NCBI RefSeq assembly: GCF_032062105.1
Contig: NW_026932975.1
Coordinates: 434,001-498,000 of the forward strand
Source: Saccostrea cucullata
Taxonomy: Eukaryota
Direction: 5' to 3'
DNA: 64,000 nucleotides
The notes under the pieces are model-generated. The model ran no database searches. It saw nothing but the letters and a program-made list of their open reading frames with translations, and was not told where the DNA came from. The stretch's first letter is position 1, and every line of letters starts with the position of its first letter. Shown in pieces: positions 23,851-37,222 of the stretch. The position numbers and the translations under genes are program-made.

Positions 23851-26037
23851 GTAAGTTTCTTTAAAACTAAAAATCATTTGCCATTTTTTAAGTTCTATAG
23901 TGTTGACTTGTAGAAAACCTCCCTCCGCGACCCCACACGGCGGACAACTGTCTGGAAGTTGTCGGTAAAAGGTAACATAGCTATGGTGAAGGTTTCTAAG
24001 AAGTACCTGAAATAGGTCATGTCGTAGAAATTTTGACCCAGCACTGTTTATATAGCTTCATCTGTCCACATCATCAGTTGGATTGATTTTTTTAATGAAG
24101 GAGGTAAAGCTTTTTCATTTGGTTGTTTAATTTTTCGACTTCAGCGTTTGGGTATCAGGTTTAGAACTAAGGTTGAGTTTTTTATTTTATTTTTCGGATC
24201 ACGAGTGTTGTATTTTCTTCTAGATATTGGAATGCATTGATATTTTACAGTAAAATGCAATTTGATTCCAGTTTCTTGATATCTAAAACTTCAATTTTCT
24301 TATACGTTTGGGAAATAATAAATGGATCTAGAAATCGGAAATTAATCATATGGAAAGTTCTACGACAGGGGCTATATATTTTATGCAGCAATATTTTTAA
24401 TATTTGTAGATCTGGACTAGAAAAATCCTTATACATTATCAAAACGTTTTATAAAACTGTTTGAAACAAAAAGGTATGTGGAAACCTTTCGACAACCTGT
24501 GTCCATAACGAGCTATATTGTATAAGGTCATACGTGTTAGTGAACACTTCTGGAATTGTTTTTTGCGAATATTGCAGTTAGTTTACTTCAATAGGATAAA
24601 GACACAAACAAATGCAAATCATGTTGCAGATAATGAAGAGAGGAAGTGCCAGTTCGTGAGGCAGATTATCTGATTTCATTTGTCTTTAATGGTGTTTTGT
24701 GCATCAATCCACTGTATTTACGTTGCTTTTGATATTTTTGTTTCTTGTTTTCTTCGGTGTTTTCAATGAAAGACCCCCGCATTTGAAATAATACCACAAT
24801 TTTTAAGTTGTAAATCAGTTTTCAATACAAAACGCCATTCATATTTTTGACAACAAGCAGACTTGTAATTTCTTTTATGTTCATTTTGACATTGTATTGA
24901 TCATAACTCTTAAAGGATTTAAAGTTATGCACGCAGAGAAGTTGTTTAGACCCACATTATGATTAAAATCCGAAGCCATGTTCCCGATGCTGGTCATTTG
25001 TCTCTGCTTTTGGCATTTTAATAAAGTTCAGTCTCAAGTTTTTAATGAACATATATCTCTTTAGACCTTTCATCAATTCCAATATTTGCTTTTTAAATAC
25101 CCATTTCACAAAGATTTTATAGGAAACGAGGAAGATGTGTTTAGAAACCATGTAATATTAGAACCAGGAGAGAACATATTTTACTTTCGTAAAAATCATC
25201 AGAATAAAAAATGAGTATTTTGATAAGCCTATTCAAAATTTATTTGATATCAATTGAACCGGAGAGGAATTCTTTAGTAATTAGACAGAGGAAGGGTAAT
25301 AAATGCCGATATCCTTTAATACGCTGACGATGGGGAGGTGATATAGAATGTCGGGTCTGGAGGTCTGGTATTGTCAGGAGTCAGAGCCAGTCAAAAGACG
25401 AACTCAGGCAGGGAGTTTCTGATTACCAGCGCTGTGTACCGGATGTAAGTTTACTGAAAAAGCCGTAATCCAACGCGCCCTGGATCACTTCATCGAACCA
25501 TTGGACCCTATACCTACAAAGAATCACCATTACTGCATGTGTGTGTAAAGAAGCCGTAATTACCTCGTTTGGACCAACTTTCTACATTTTCATTGTGCTT
25601 TTATATCCTCGACTTTCATACTAATCCATAGTTATATTTACAGACATTTTAGCTGTTTGACTAAACATTTTGAGACTTTGACACTTTACTATTGGAATTT
25701 GTTCCTTGTTTGGCAATGCTGTGTGAAGACATGATAAAAAGAAAAGAAAACAATTCCGGAGTGGGGATTGTGGACAATAAGCGACGAACGGGAATTACGT
25801 ATAACAATAGAAATAACCTGCCATATGTGTGTTTATATTTACCCAAAAGTTTAAATACAGCAGCAGTATTACTGAAGTTTATTGACAATTCTATCAATGT
25901 TTGACGACCTATTGTTCTTTAGATTGGGTCATTGTGATATTTTCAAAATTGTTCTTCATACTTGTTTTGCATCCTTTTCCTGTGCTTAAAGTGAAGATGC
26001 CGTTGGCATTTGCAGCTAAATTTGTTTAAACGTTCCT

Positions 26038-26267
26038 ATGATTAAGATGTATCTGGCAAGTTGCGGTCAACAAATTCGCCAGGTGGACGTTAACGATAAT
26101 AGGAACCTGAAGATGGTCAGTGGCTATGACCTTCTGGACAAACTCTCCCGCCGAAGGATGTATGCCCGCTCCAATGTCCGCGAGAAGTCCTCCCTGTCAG
26201 ACCACTATGACCAGCAGAATTTCGTCATCAGCCTTGATGACGTAGGAATTGAAGTTGAGGGTCTTGG
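26038..26267 (+). CDS. Candidate first coding exon V4 of the 33014-34334 gene
   Basis: 76-codon GC-rich ORF ending GG|gtaggt. Phase 2 matches the 33014 acceptor (GG+A = Gly, then LMER...). Confidence 0.65.
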
Positions 26268-26305
26268 GTAGGTGTTGCATCAGTGTCTTCTACTTTCAAA
26301 AGTGT

Positions 26306-26308
<3 letters not shown>

Positions 26309-26340
<32 letters not shown>
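26309..26340 (+). repeat. (TC)n microsatellite
   Basis: Uninterrupted TC dinucleotide run. Confidence 0.95.
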
Positions 26341-26343
<3 letters not shown>

Positions 26344-27729
26344 GCACCCAACTGACAATATCGGATCCCATTTCAATAAGATAGAGAAAGCATTTCGTAA
26401 ATTACATTACCTGCAATGAAAATCATTAAGTTTTGCAATATCAAAATCTGAAGAAAAAAAATGATTTGAAAAATAATTTGATTGAAAAGGATGATAATAG
26501 ATAATACTACTCAGTACTTTAAAGATTCAACAGGCATGCATAACTTCTGGTTAAAGATGTCCAGATGCATAAAAACTCGAATAGATTTCTAATTTTGACC
26601 TCATACGGTTTCTGTGCGTGGATTAAACAAATTACTTGTGGACATGTTACACAATGTACATGTACGTAAGATTGACATTTGGATAAGGTGGATATTATCC
26701 GTAATGGTAATGAAACATTAATATTACATCAAGACAACGAACATTTATAATAATCAAGCATGCATTCCCTGTTGACCGGGTTACATCCGGCTTTTGCTTC
26801 TTATAATGATCGGGTAAGCGCAAAGATCCAAAGACAATTCAGTGTGAAATACTAGTTTATTACCAAACATTCTGATAAAAGTGAGTATGCATTTGACTTA
26901 AAGATATATTCTTTATTTTTAAAAACGCATGAATTAATCGGACCCTTTAGAAGATATTAATAAATGAGAAATTATTTGACTGTTTGTACATAATCTCAGA
27001 AGTTTCAGAAAAATATTTATAGTGGTCTTTTTCAACAGAAACATCAACTCTGAAGAATTTTTCCGATAAAGTCGTCGAATATTTTTCCATCCAAGAAAGG
27101 AACATCTGTTGGTTCAAGGCGTATTGAAAATTTATCAATTTGAATAATTTATAATCATGTTAAATGCATTTGTTTTCTCACTGAATAACAAATTCTTTGA
27201 GAGACAGCAGGTTGCCAGTAATTATATGTTTGATATACAAGGTCACGGAACTTCTTTATTCTCCTGCCTAATTCTTATCGACTCGATCATTCCGGGTCAT
27301 TGCTAGACATCTGTCTTACCCGCCCGGAATTACCATTCTGCTAGTCTTAACATTGTTCACGGGGGTTTTTAATTTCGAATCAGTTTTCTCAAATTTGGCA
27401 GAGATAAGGCTTGTAGAGGATTAAGGTAGTAATGGTAGGTTAGACATTCCTTGATACTTCAAATGTTAAATAAAAATTAATGTCAAAATAATCATTTAAG
27501 TGAAGAGATAAATTAAGATGATAATAGTTTTTTGCCGATTAACCGATATTCTGTTGGCGTTTATTAAAAAAAAGGATATGAAGTGTTTGCATTTGATGAC
27601 CATTGCATGAAAATGCTTATGTCATTCAGAATCATAAGTGTTGGCAAACTATGGTCAACATTGCTTCTTTACTGTCAATTCAGAACTGCTTAGATAGAAA
27701 GACAAGAAATGAAGGCTATTACATTTTTG

Positions 27730-27800
27730 GTCTCTCTTTAGGAATTATACAAAGCTGAAAGCTCTGAGCTTTCAGCTTTGTATAATTCCTCAAGAGAGAC
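27730..27800. repeat. Near-perfect palindrome
   Basis: 35-bp arms with 1 mismatch around a 1-nt centre (27765). Confidence 0.85.
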
Positions 27801-29680
27801 TATATAATGTAATCAGCGCATTCGCTTCTCACATCATCATGAGTTTTAAACTGTAAGATTGACATCTCAAAGAAATCAAATTCTTTTGCAACTTTTGAAA
27901 AATGATCTGGTCTACTCATCATTAAGAAGGTATTTCACAACATTGTTGAAGTATATAGACCGTTAGACAAATTCTCGCCGCATTCATTTGAATTTCAACA
28001 TGAGATGAACATTTTAGGTCATTTTTTTTTAACCAAAAGATGTGAATCGTGGTTATGTTCATTTCATGTATGGCACTTTTTCTCTCCAGAAACAAGTTTA
28101 TCAGACATTCTGGAAACGTTTTGTTCCTGTATAAAAGACATTAACTGCTCCTTCTAGCATTTATTTTTTATAACTATGCATCTTGTGAAGAAATTATTCT
28201 GCATGCCCTTTAGCAACGTGTAGGAACATATAGAACATATAGGAAAGAATATCCATTTAATGGCACATTGTTGAGAATAAATGCCGTATTTTCAATTGCT
28301 GTACATTAACTATATTGAATGCAGTTCCGTAAAAAGTTTAAATTGATGTAAATTGAAATGCATGAAGAGATTTATTTCGTCTTTGTCGGGAAGATAAGTG
28401 AAAATTATGACACCACTTGAGATCTAGGTAAATACAAGAAGTTAATTTGTGTAACATTATAGAATTCGTCCACTAGGGCGGTTATCTCAGATCGATAAGT
28501 CGTGTTTGAACTTCAATTTGAATGTTTGTGGCTGAGATGCTATCATTTAGAATTTGAAGAGGTTCGTAATCTTCGTTATATTATTTGCTTTTCACAGATC
28601 GATATTAGGGGATGAATCTGGACAGGTGTGGGATAAGTTCCCCTGCTGTTCTTTGTATAAGTGGTCTATTGCTAGAACATCTTTGAGGTAGATATCAGAA
28701 AGTTTTCACGGTGGGGCACCACGGAGTCAAGGGTTGTTTTTTGTGGAAATATTTTGGTAGTGTTGTTTTCAGCTGGAAATATCTATCAGGTAAGAATAAG
28801 GTAACTGAATAAAAAAATCTAATTGCAAGGTGTTCGATGTATGTATATTTTAATTTAAAGATTTGACGATAAGTAATTTATAATTTGATAAATAATTATA
28901 CATAATTTTTAAAGAGAATATATATGCTGGTAAATAAATATCTACCGGTATATCAAGCGACAAACTTAAATGACGAAAAAGAGTAAGCTAAACTTTTTTT
29001 CTCTAAGTCCTGAGATTAAAGAGACATTTGAAGAAGGTGTTTATGCATACTTTTGCATCTACACAGGTACAAATTTTTTGAGGCTAAATTGTGTTTTTCA
29101 TTTTAAGGTGAATATGGTTGTAAGTTTTTGAATACTCAGCAGCAGATGTATTTCTAATTTTCTATAGTTGTAGGTTTTTTTGAATGGTTTTGTAATGCTC
29201 TTTATCCATTCATAAGTAAATTAGAAAATTTTGTAAATTAAATGTCAGAAGAGTAATTGTGATCCATTTTTAACTCTTTTACATTTTAACTGTTAAAGAT
29301 TTTAATTCAATCAACTTACTGAATCGAGGAAAAAAATGCTCCTGGTGCATACTTTCAATGTATCCCATTCAGTGATTTATTCTGTCATTTACTCCTCAGT
29401 TTATTAAAAGCCCGCTTAATTTACATTTTTCACATATTGATAGATTCTTTGATCGTCAAATACAGAAAATGATTTCATTTAAGATTGATATCTTTATTGA
29501 CCCATTGCATAATATTTGGCATCAAATTACATTTTTATTAAAGATAGCATTGAATTTGTCTTAATCTTTTTTAAAACACTAGACACTTCAAGTTAAACCA
29601 GTGGGACTAAATTGTCGTGTATGAATTACAACATAAGGATTACCAGATACGCCTTTTATATCTCTGTCTCTCTCTATTTG

Positions 29681-29730
29681 ATGTTTCTTGGATTCCAGTT
29701 AAGAGAAACAGTCAGCCCAGCCTTCTCTAG
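29681..29730 (+). CDS. Candidate alternative first exon V5 (MFLGFQLRETVSPAFS-R)
   Basis: ATG, open to AG|gtgagg, phase 2. Confidence 0.4.
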
Positions 29731-30363
29731 GTGAGGTCCCGTATCGTTAGGTCTAAGGACTGAATTTCTGAAGACGTACCAGTATCCATGTTGTGAGTTC
29801 TATAACACTATAGAACAAGGTCTGACCCGCGCTTGTCATCTCGTCTGTGGGGATTACAACCAAATGAAAATCTTTCTCGGCAATTTCTTGTAATTTCGCG
29901 GAATGATATTTAATTTATGATATATTAATGGTTTGTAATTGTGGGATAATATCGCTTTTATGGATTCCAGCAGATCCTCTGTTTACTGTGAGGACAGTGA
30001 CAAGGCTTAGGGTCCATTGAAGCTGTCTTATCCCACCGATGATTCCTTTTCCTCTGACACTCAGATCTAATCACGATATCAGTAGTTTAAATAACAGCAA
30101 AAATATTTATCAAATACACAAAGTCCTTTAAATTTTTCTTCTTCGCACTTCAGAGTTGTTTTGACATATGATTTAATACCTTTGTGAATGTTGTCCCCTC
30201 CAGAACGGAGCACGCGATAATCATAGCTGGTTTTTGTTAGGCCTTCTGTATCTCTATTTAGTCTATTTAACCCGGTCTCTCTCTAAATAAGTGGGGACTT
30301 TTGATTTTATTTGTTATGAGTCTCTCTCTGTCGTGTGGAGGGTCTTTATAAGGAAAAACCAAC

Positions 30364-30437
30364 ATGTCAGAGGAACGCAAGCTGTTGAATTTGTTCCCTG
30401 TATCTTTGTCTTTGGAAGATAAACAGTTACTTGTGCG
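30364..30437 (+). CDS. Candidate alternative first exon V6 (MSEERKLLNLFPVSLSLEDKQLLV-R)
   Basis: aacATG, open to CG|gtaggt, phase 2. Confidence 0.5.
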
Positions 30438-32403
30438 GTAGGTATTGATGCTTATAATTAAAAAAGTTTAAAGTGGCTCAATATTCTTAAAATGATGCTC
30501 ATTTAAAGTCTAAGTCGAGGGAATTGAGGTACCAAGCTTTGAAAGTGCGTGCATTAAAATGTTTGTCTAAAATTAGAAGATTTTGCCTTGAATATACAAT
30601 GGTAATTATGATGAAAATGAATATTAGTATCCGTAAATCTAATCATTTTTTTTACTAACTTGCATGAAAACGTTCTTCAAACGTTTAATAAACAATCAGA
30701 GTAACAACGTGTATCGTAACTTTAAAAGGATACGTGGACAATATATGGTTTCTTTTTCATCTATATTTTGGATCCCACCTTACATTTGCATGACATTTCT
30801 TAAATGCCAAATCTAACGTGATAATTTCTTCTATAGTCTTTCTTAGTCTCTTTGTAGAAAGAAGACTTAAATTGCAGTTGGCGTCAACCTAGAATTTTTA
30901 GTTCTACCTCTAATTTGTACATGAAAAACTTGGTCACAAGAAGAACGGTAATCAAAGAGACCCTATTATGGATTCCAAGAAATGTCAAGATAAACTTCAC
31001 CTACTTCCGGAATGTCGCGCGCATTTTGCTTAAATCGTGAGCAAGTTTATTATACATGCAAGGTTCTGTTTCAGATAAGGGGTTGAACTTCCTGCAAAGT
31101 TGTCGATTTGTCTGCAGGGGATAGGTGGTCGAGTTTCCTAATTGAAATCTTGCTCGAATAACAAAATTTCTATGTGGTGACATTCGATTGTGTTTTGATG
31201 CAGTTTTGTTGATATTTGTATCGTTAGTTCTCTTTGTGAGCAAACTTCCGGTGCAGAATTATTAGATTCCATTTTTCAAGACAAAAGGACAAGTAACAAT
31301 CAACAAAAATGGTTTCATTTTCGATCAATAGAGCATAAAAGTGACTGATTGAAAATACAACATTGTGAAGAAATTTCATAACAGTCAGTAGCGATAAAAA
31401 TCTGTGTGTGCTTAGAGCATCGATTTTCCTTTATTACATTTATTACCTTCATAGGATTGAATTGCTATTTTGTAGGCACTAATGGAGCAAATATAATCAA
31501 AGTTTACTTGTAAATCACCACTGAAGACTTGTCACTAAATAAAACAGATGTATAGAACGAAATGAGAAATTTTGCAGATTAGAAAACTTAAATTAACTTC
31601 TCATAAACACATTATTGCTACTTCTTTAGAAATCTTGGTTAGCAAATGGTGGGATCAACCAATGTGCCGTAAACGCTTCAAGAACATTAATACCCCATGA
31701 CTGTTCGGGTTGAAGAAACCAGGCGAATCTTTTCTTCCTTTCTTCTTCGCATTCTTTATGTATTTCAGTGAAATCAGTTTTATTAAGAAGTCGTGCATTT
31801 GTCTCTTAGGAACCGTGAAGACTTGGGGTATTTTGTTCGCCTTGTGACAAAAATCGTATTAGAACAGCTCAAAGAATCTGAAAACACGACGCAACGAAAG
31901 GGAGACTTCGTATTTGCCTCTGTATTTTCTTTTTCAAAGAAGGATGGTTTTGAAAAGATGCCCAGTGTCGCAGTGCGCACCTGCCACGGATTCTTTTATG
32001 TGGGTATTAGCTCCCCTTGATGGCCGTCCATTTCCTGTCTAGGAAACCCCTGCCGAGCATGTGTAATTAAGTGGCAATTAAAAAGAAAAGATTGGAGTGT
32101 ACCGAGAGAAAAACCTTTTAACCTTTCTTACAAGACAAACATTAAACACTTCATTTCAAATATCTGTTATTGATCTATTCGTATATGAATATTCTTGCAT
32201 TTTCTTTTGGTTGTTGTCTGAATATTTAAACACAAGTGTTGTCGGAGAAAACTCCTTTTAGATTTATGTGACGTCTCCGCGAGCTCTCGGGATTAACAGT
32301 TCCTTCGTCGTCAGTGATTTTTTGAAGTTTATTTCCATTTGGCTCTACATTTTGATGAAAAAGTTTGGAGAAATATAACGTATTTGACAATTGTTCTGTA
32401 AAA

Positions 32404-32459
32404 ATGAGACAAAAAGGGTGTTTTCGATATTCCTCGGAATCGGATTTTCATTTACCTAG
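32404..32459 (+). CDS. Candidate alternative first exon V7 (MRQKGCFRYSSESDFHLP-R)
   Basis: aaaATG, open to AG|gttggt, phase 2. Confidence 0.35.
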
Positions 32460-33013
32460 GTTGGTTTGTTCAGTAATATTTTTTTTCCTAGACAAACTTC
32501 AGTTCTAAGCTTTTATTCTGGACTTTATTATGCCAATTGCGTTAAGCAGATCGATTCTAGACTTTCATTTCTTTCCTTGTACACAATGTTTTTTTCTTTG
32601 TTTGTCAGATAAGAATTTCTGTAAGTGTGTTTGTAAGATAAAATTCGTCATAGAGCAACTATACATGTATATAGGTTTGTAGATTCATTTTTTAAAGCTT
32701 TTAAAGGTGGAATACGGAAAGAAAATAATTTTATTTCTTGTAAATGTTAAATTCTACGTCGTCTTGCGTGAAATCATCATGGTTGGAAAAATCCATTAAT
32801 AGCTCTGAAGTTAGTAACTTTTATTTTTTCTTTTAAATGGAACTCTCAAAGATTACTTTCTCATTTTTATTCATTTTATTTTTTTTAAAAAATTCAAAAC
32901 ACAAACATTTTAAAGAAACAAACAAAAGGTCTTTGACTCCAGCGAAGGTTCCTCCTTTTACGCCCTATATACTGTAAAATTATCTGTCATGGCAGGTTTT
33001 TTTGTCGTTGTAG

Positions 33014-34334
33014 ACTGATGGAGAGGACAAGCATAGACCACCGACGCTCTCGGACAGTGCCCTGGTTCGAGGACAATAGATCCTCCTATCAGCACCACGC
33101 CGAGTACCTTAAAAAGCTATCCACTCTGCGAGATGAACTTATTCTTCAGGAGCAGTCACACCTTGCCAATGCACTCGACAGATTACGCATGCGCCAATAC
33201 AGCAGAGATAACGCGCTTGCGCGGAATAGATCAAAGGATTTTCCTCCAGACTCAAGGCGATCTTTAGTGACTACCATCGAACAATTCCAGAAAATGAGAC
33301 CAAAGAGGTCTCCACCACATATATCCCCATTAGAGGGAAAACAGATTCTAGAACCACAGACTTATAAACCCTCCAAAAGTCCGCAGTTATCGGAGAAAGG
33401 TGCGTCTCAACGGTTAATGGACGACAGTGTTCGGGCAAACCTACAGAGGATACCACCAACAACCGTGCAACCGACATCTAGCATCCCGAATATAGGACGT
33501 AAATCCATCGCTAAAAGCAAGGAACTGGTATTAGATGGTTCTCCAATCCACAGGCGTGGTACGTTACCGTCGCGAGATGAGAGAGACCCATTGGAAATAA
33601 ACCCGTTCAAAGCTGTGTACAAGGGTAATAATGGAACGCGTTTAAAGCGTCTAGTGCGACCAGATTCCGACGAACTTGATTTGCGAGCTCAAGCTATAAG
33701 GTTTGAAGCATTAAGTGATAAAGATAGGATAAATATGGACAAACTGAGAGAATATTACTGCATTTACTATCTACCAACAAACACACCAACGAACGTGTCA
33801 GATGACGAAGATTCAATGGAAATACCGGAAGAAAGAGTTGTGCAGGAATCGGCGGGATTTCAGCATGATAAAAAGAAACGTTTGACTCTGCTAGAGGGTA
33901 GAGGAAAAGGTGTACATCCCGCTGATCGTGTTATTAATTCTCCAAGGAAATCTCGAGAGGAACAAAATAACAACGGAATCACAGACAGATTGTTTCTAAA
34001 TGGCCAGGGAATTCGAGACCAGGATGTGACAGTACCGGCGGAAAGTCAACCGCTGGAGGAAAGCCCGTCGTTCTCCATATACGGTGATCAAAATTGTGCA
34101 GTTCCTGCCCGGAAGCAAATCATTGTGGACATGCCTTCTATTGTATTCAATAACGCATCACCAGAAAATGAGAATTCTGACGTCTTGGAACGGAAGCGGC
34201 GTTCAGTGTTACAAAAGACGTTCAAGCAGAATGAGATCCGACAACGGGAACTACGTAATCTGTTCGATGACGTCAGAGAATTGAACAAACGTAGTGACGA
34301 ACTGACAGAGTCAATAAAGTCCTCTTCAGATTAA
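33014..34334 (+). CDS. Constant coding exon of an uncharacterised, largely disordered protein with predicted helical/coiled-coil ends (438 aa from ATG 33018)
   Basis: 1.3-kb stop-free, GC-enriched ORF. Acceptor ttgtag|A CTG ATG at 33013/33014; AATAAA near 34556. No domain recognised. Confidence 0.8.
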
Positions 34335-34580
34335 AATAGTGCTTTCGCAAAAGTAGTATTACCATTCTTTTCAGAGACATTTTTCGTAATTTATTACATG
34401 CAGTAGCTCATCGGTGCCATGTCACTAGTTGCCATGTCATTGCATGCCAATTGTTGTTCATCTAGTCATTCACAAGAATCTATTCTATACACTTTTGTTT
34501 ACATCAGTGCACATTGCTTAAAATTCTTTTGTTTAAAATATTTATGAAAGAAATGAATAAAATAAATTTCAAAGCTTTAA

Positions 34581-36650
34581 AAAGATGTGTTTTTGAAACA
34601 CTGATGCCTCCATTTAGCAGATTTGGTGAAAGTCAAAGTTGCCAAATGCAAGGTCAAGACATAAAACATGTTGTTACCTAAGGAAAGGACTTGTCTGAAT
34701 AATTATACCTGTAAAATATGAAAGCCTAAGCACCAATCAATAAAACAAAAATGACCAACATCAAACTTTTTTTAAAATTTGAGTCAAGGTCATGGTCAAA
34801 GTTACCAAAATAATGGTACCCAGAGGAAGGTCTTCTCGTTAGAGACGTATGTGTGAAACATTAAAGTCCAAACACCCACTGTTTAAAAGTTATGGCCAAG
34901 GTTAAGTTTTTCAAAAATAGGTCAAACTACAATGTCAAGGTCAAACATTATTGTTATCCAAACGAATGTCTTGTACTAACTGTTCAAAAGTTGTGGCCAA
35001 GGTTAAAGTTTTATTTTAAAGTTGGTCAAACTAATAAATTGTAAAAAATACTAGTACTAGTATATATAAATTCTTAGAAAAGTCTTCTCATATACAGTTT
35101 AAATACTAGTCCATAGATGAAGTACGAAAGCCATTTCCCAACTGTTCGTAGGTTATGACCAAGGATAAAGTTTGAAATTTTTTTGGCAAAAGTGGGTGAA
35201 ACTCCAAGATCAAGGTCAAAAAACAAATACATGTATGTTAGAACCCAAAGGAAGGCCTTGTCACAAGGAATTATGAAAGTCTTAGCTCCAACCAATCAAA
35301 AGTTGTGAGTAAGGTTTAAAGTCTTTTGTGGACAAACAGACAGCTAGACAAACGGACGGACAGGGCAAAACTATAAACGAGTACTCCCGATTCTTCGATT
35401 TTCAGCATAACAAGATGTGTTTGTGAAACACTGATGCCCCGGTATGGTAACATAGCGAAGATTAAACTTTTCTGATATGCAAATTTAATATATTGTTTTT
35501 CAAAGTAGAGTATTCTCAATGGAAATACAATTGGGAAATATGAAAGTAGGCCAAGGTTAAAGTTTTTCATAAATACGAAAATCTCCAAGGTCAAAGCAAT
35601 TTGTATCCAATGACAGGTCTTGCCACAAAGAATACATACTAGTATGTGAAGTATGGAAGCCCCAGTCCTAACCCTTCAAACGTTATGGCCAAGGTTACCG
35701 ATTTTAAAAAGTAGGTCTAACTCCAAGGTTAAGGGATCATAATTCTTGATATCAAATGAAATGTCTTGTCACAAGGATTACATATGTGAAGTATGATATC
35801 ACTAGCCCTTGGAGTTCAAAAGTTATGGCCAAGGTTAAATTTTTTTCATAAGTCGGAAATCTCCAAGGTCGAAGTCAAAAGGTCAAGGTAATTGGTATCT
35901 AATGAAAGGTCTTGCCACAAAAAAATACATCTGTGAAGTATGGAAGCCCTAGCCCTAACCCTTCAAAAGTTATGGTCAAGGTTACCGATTTTGAAAAGTA
36001 CTTCAAACTTTAAGGTCAAGGTCAAAGGGTCAAATTTGGTGGTACCCAAAGAAAGGTCTTGTCTCAAGGATGAAATATGGAAAGAATCAAAGCACTAGCC
36101 ATAACCCTTTTAAAGTTATAGTCAAGGTTTGCTTTTTAAAAGTACGTCAAACTCCAAGGTCAAGGTCAAAGGGTAAAAGTTCTTGGTATCCAATGAAGGG
36201 TCTTCTCACAAGGATTACATATGAAAGTCGTATCCCTTATCGTTCAAAAGTTAAGGCCAAGGTTAAAGTTTTTTCACAAGGACGGAAATCTCCAAGGTCA
36301 AGGTCAAAAGTTCATGATTGTTGGTATGTAATAAAAGTTCTTGCCACAAAAAATAAATATTTGAAGTATAAATGTCCTGGTATCTACTGTTCAAAAGATA
36401 TGGCCAAAGTAAAAGTTTGGAATTTTTGTGTAAAAGTGGGTCAAACTCCAAGGTCAAGGTCAAATTTGGTGGTACCCAAAGAAAGGTCTTATCACAAGGA
36501 ATACACATGTGAAATATGAAAGTCATAGCTCCACTAAATTAAAAGTTATGAGCAAGGTTGAAGTTTTTGCGGACAAACAGAGGGACAGACATACAGACAG
36601 AGAGACAGCTAGACAGACGGACGGACACGACAAAAACTATATGCATACAA
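34581..36650 (+). repeat. Two adjacent Helentron-like non-autonomous elements with internal tandem arrays (about 130-140 bp units)
   Basis: Both start with AAGATGTGTTT.TGAAACACTGATGCC (about 34582 and 35412). Internal CAAGGTCAAGGTCA...GAAAGGTCTTG...AAAGTTATGGCCAAGGTT units, ending in GACA/GACG microsatellite blocks. Confidence 0.8.
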
Positions 36651-37222
36651 ACAAAAAAAATTGTGTTTGGACGAATGAATTTATCTCACTAGAGCATTTG
36701 CAGGGCAGTAGCAGTCCATATAACATTGATACTTTCTCAGAAGGAAATTAGTATTTGATATATTTAACATTATATAACCATTACTTTTTCTAAACTTACT
36801 TTAAAGGGAAATAAACATCTACAAAATCTACATCTTTTAATTATTAATGAGCTCAATAGACTACTAGCACCAATTGCGATATGGGACCAGAGCAAACATG
36901 GACATCAAAATACATGTACGTCAGAGATGGGATCAGGTGTCGTGGAGGAGTAGGCATCCCCCGTGGACCAAGGCTCGTAGTATTTAAAGGGGTTGCAACC
37001 ACTTAAGAAACAACAACTAACATGCAAAAACTTTCATCAACTAAATCAAATTCTAAAAGAGCTAAATTGTCCAAACTCGAATATCCAGTTGGAGGGGATA
37101 TTCCAACGTTTTTTACTCGAAATTTTTACTCAGAAATTACCACTAACTAAATTTCACTATACTGCAACCAAGTGTGGTAGAACAGTCTTTCAATAAACAT
37201 TTTCAAGAACATAAATTAATGT

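Noticed and set aside
31783-32020. Overlapping 65-75 aa ORFs in a GC-richer patch
   Set aside because: Non-ATG starts, no suitable splice donor, no recognisable motif.
36070-36751. 149-aa basic ORF and neighbours (SRSRSK repeats)
   Set aside because: Translation of the CAAGGT-rich tandem repeat units; no splice or domain support.
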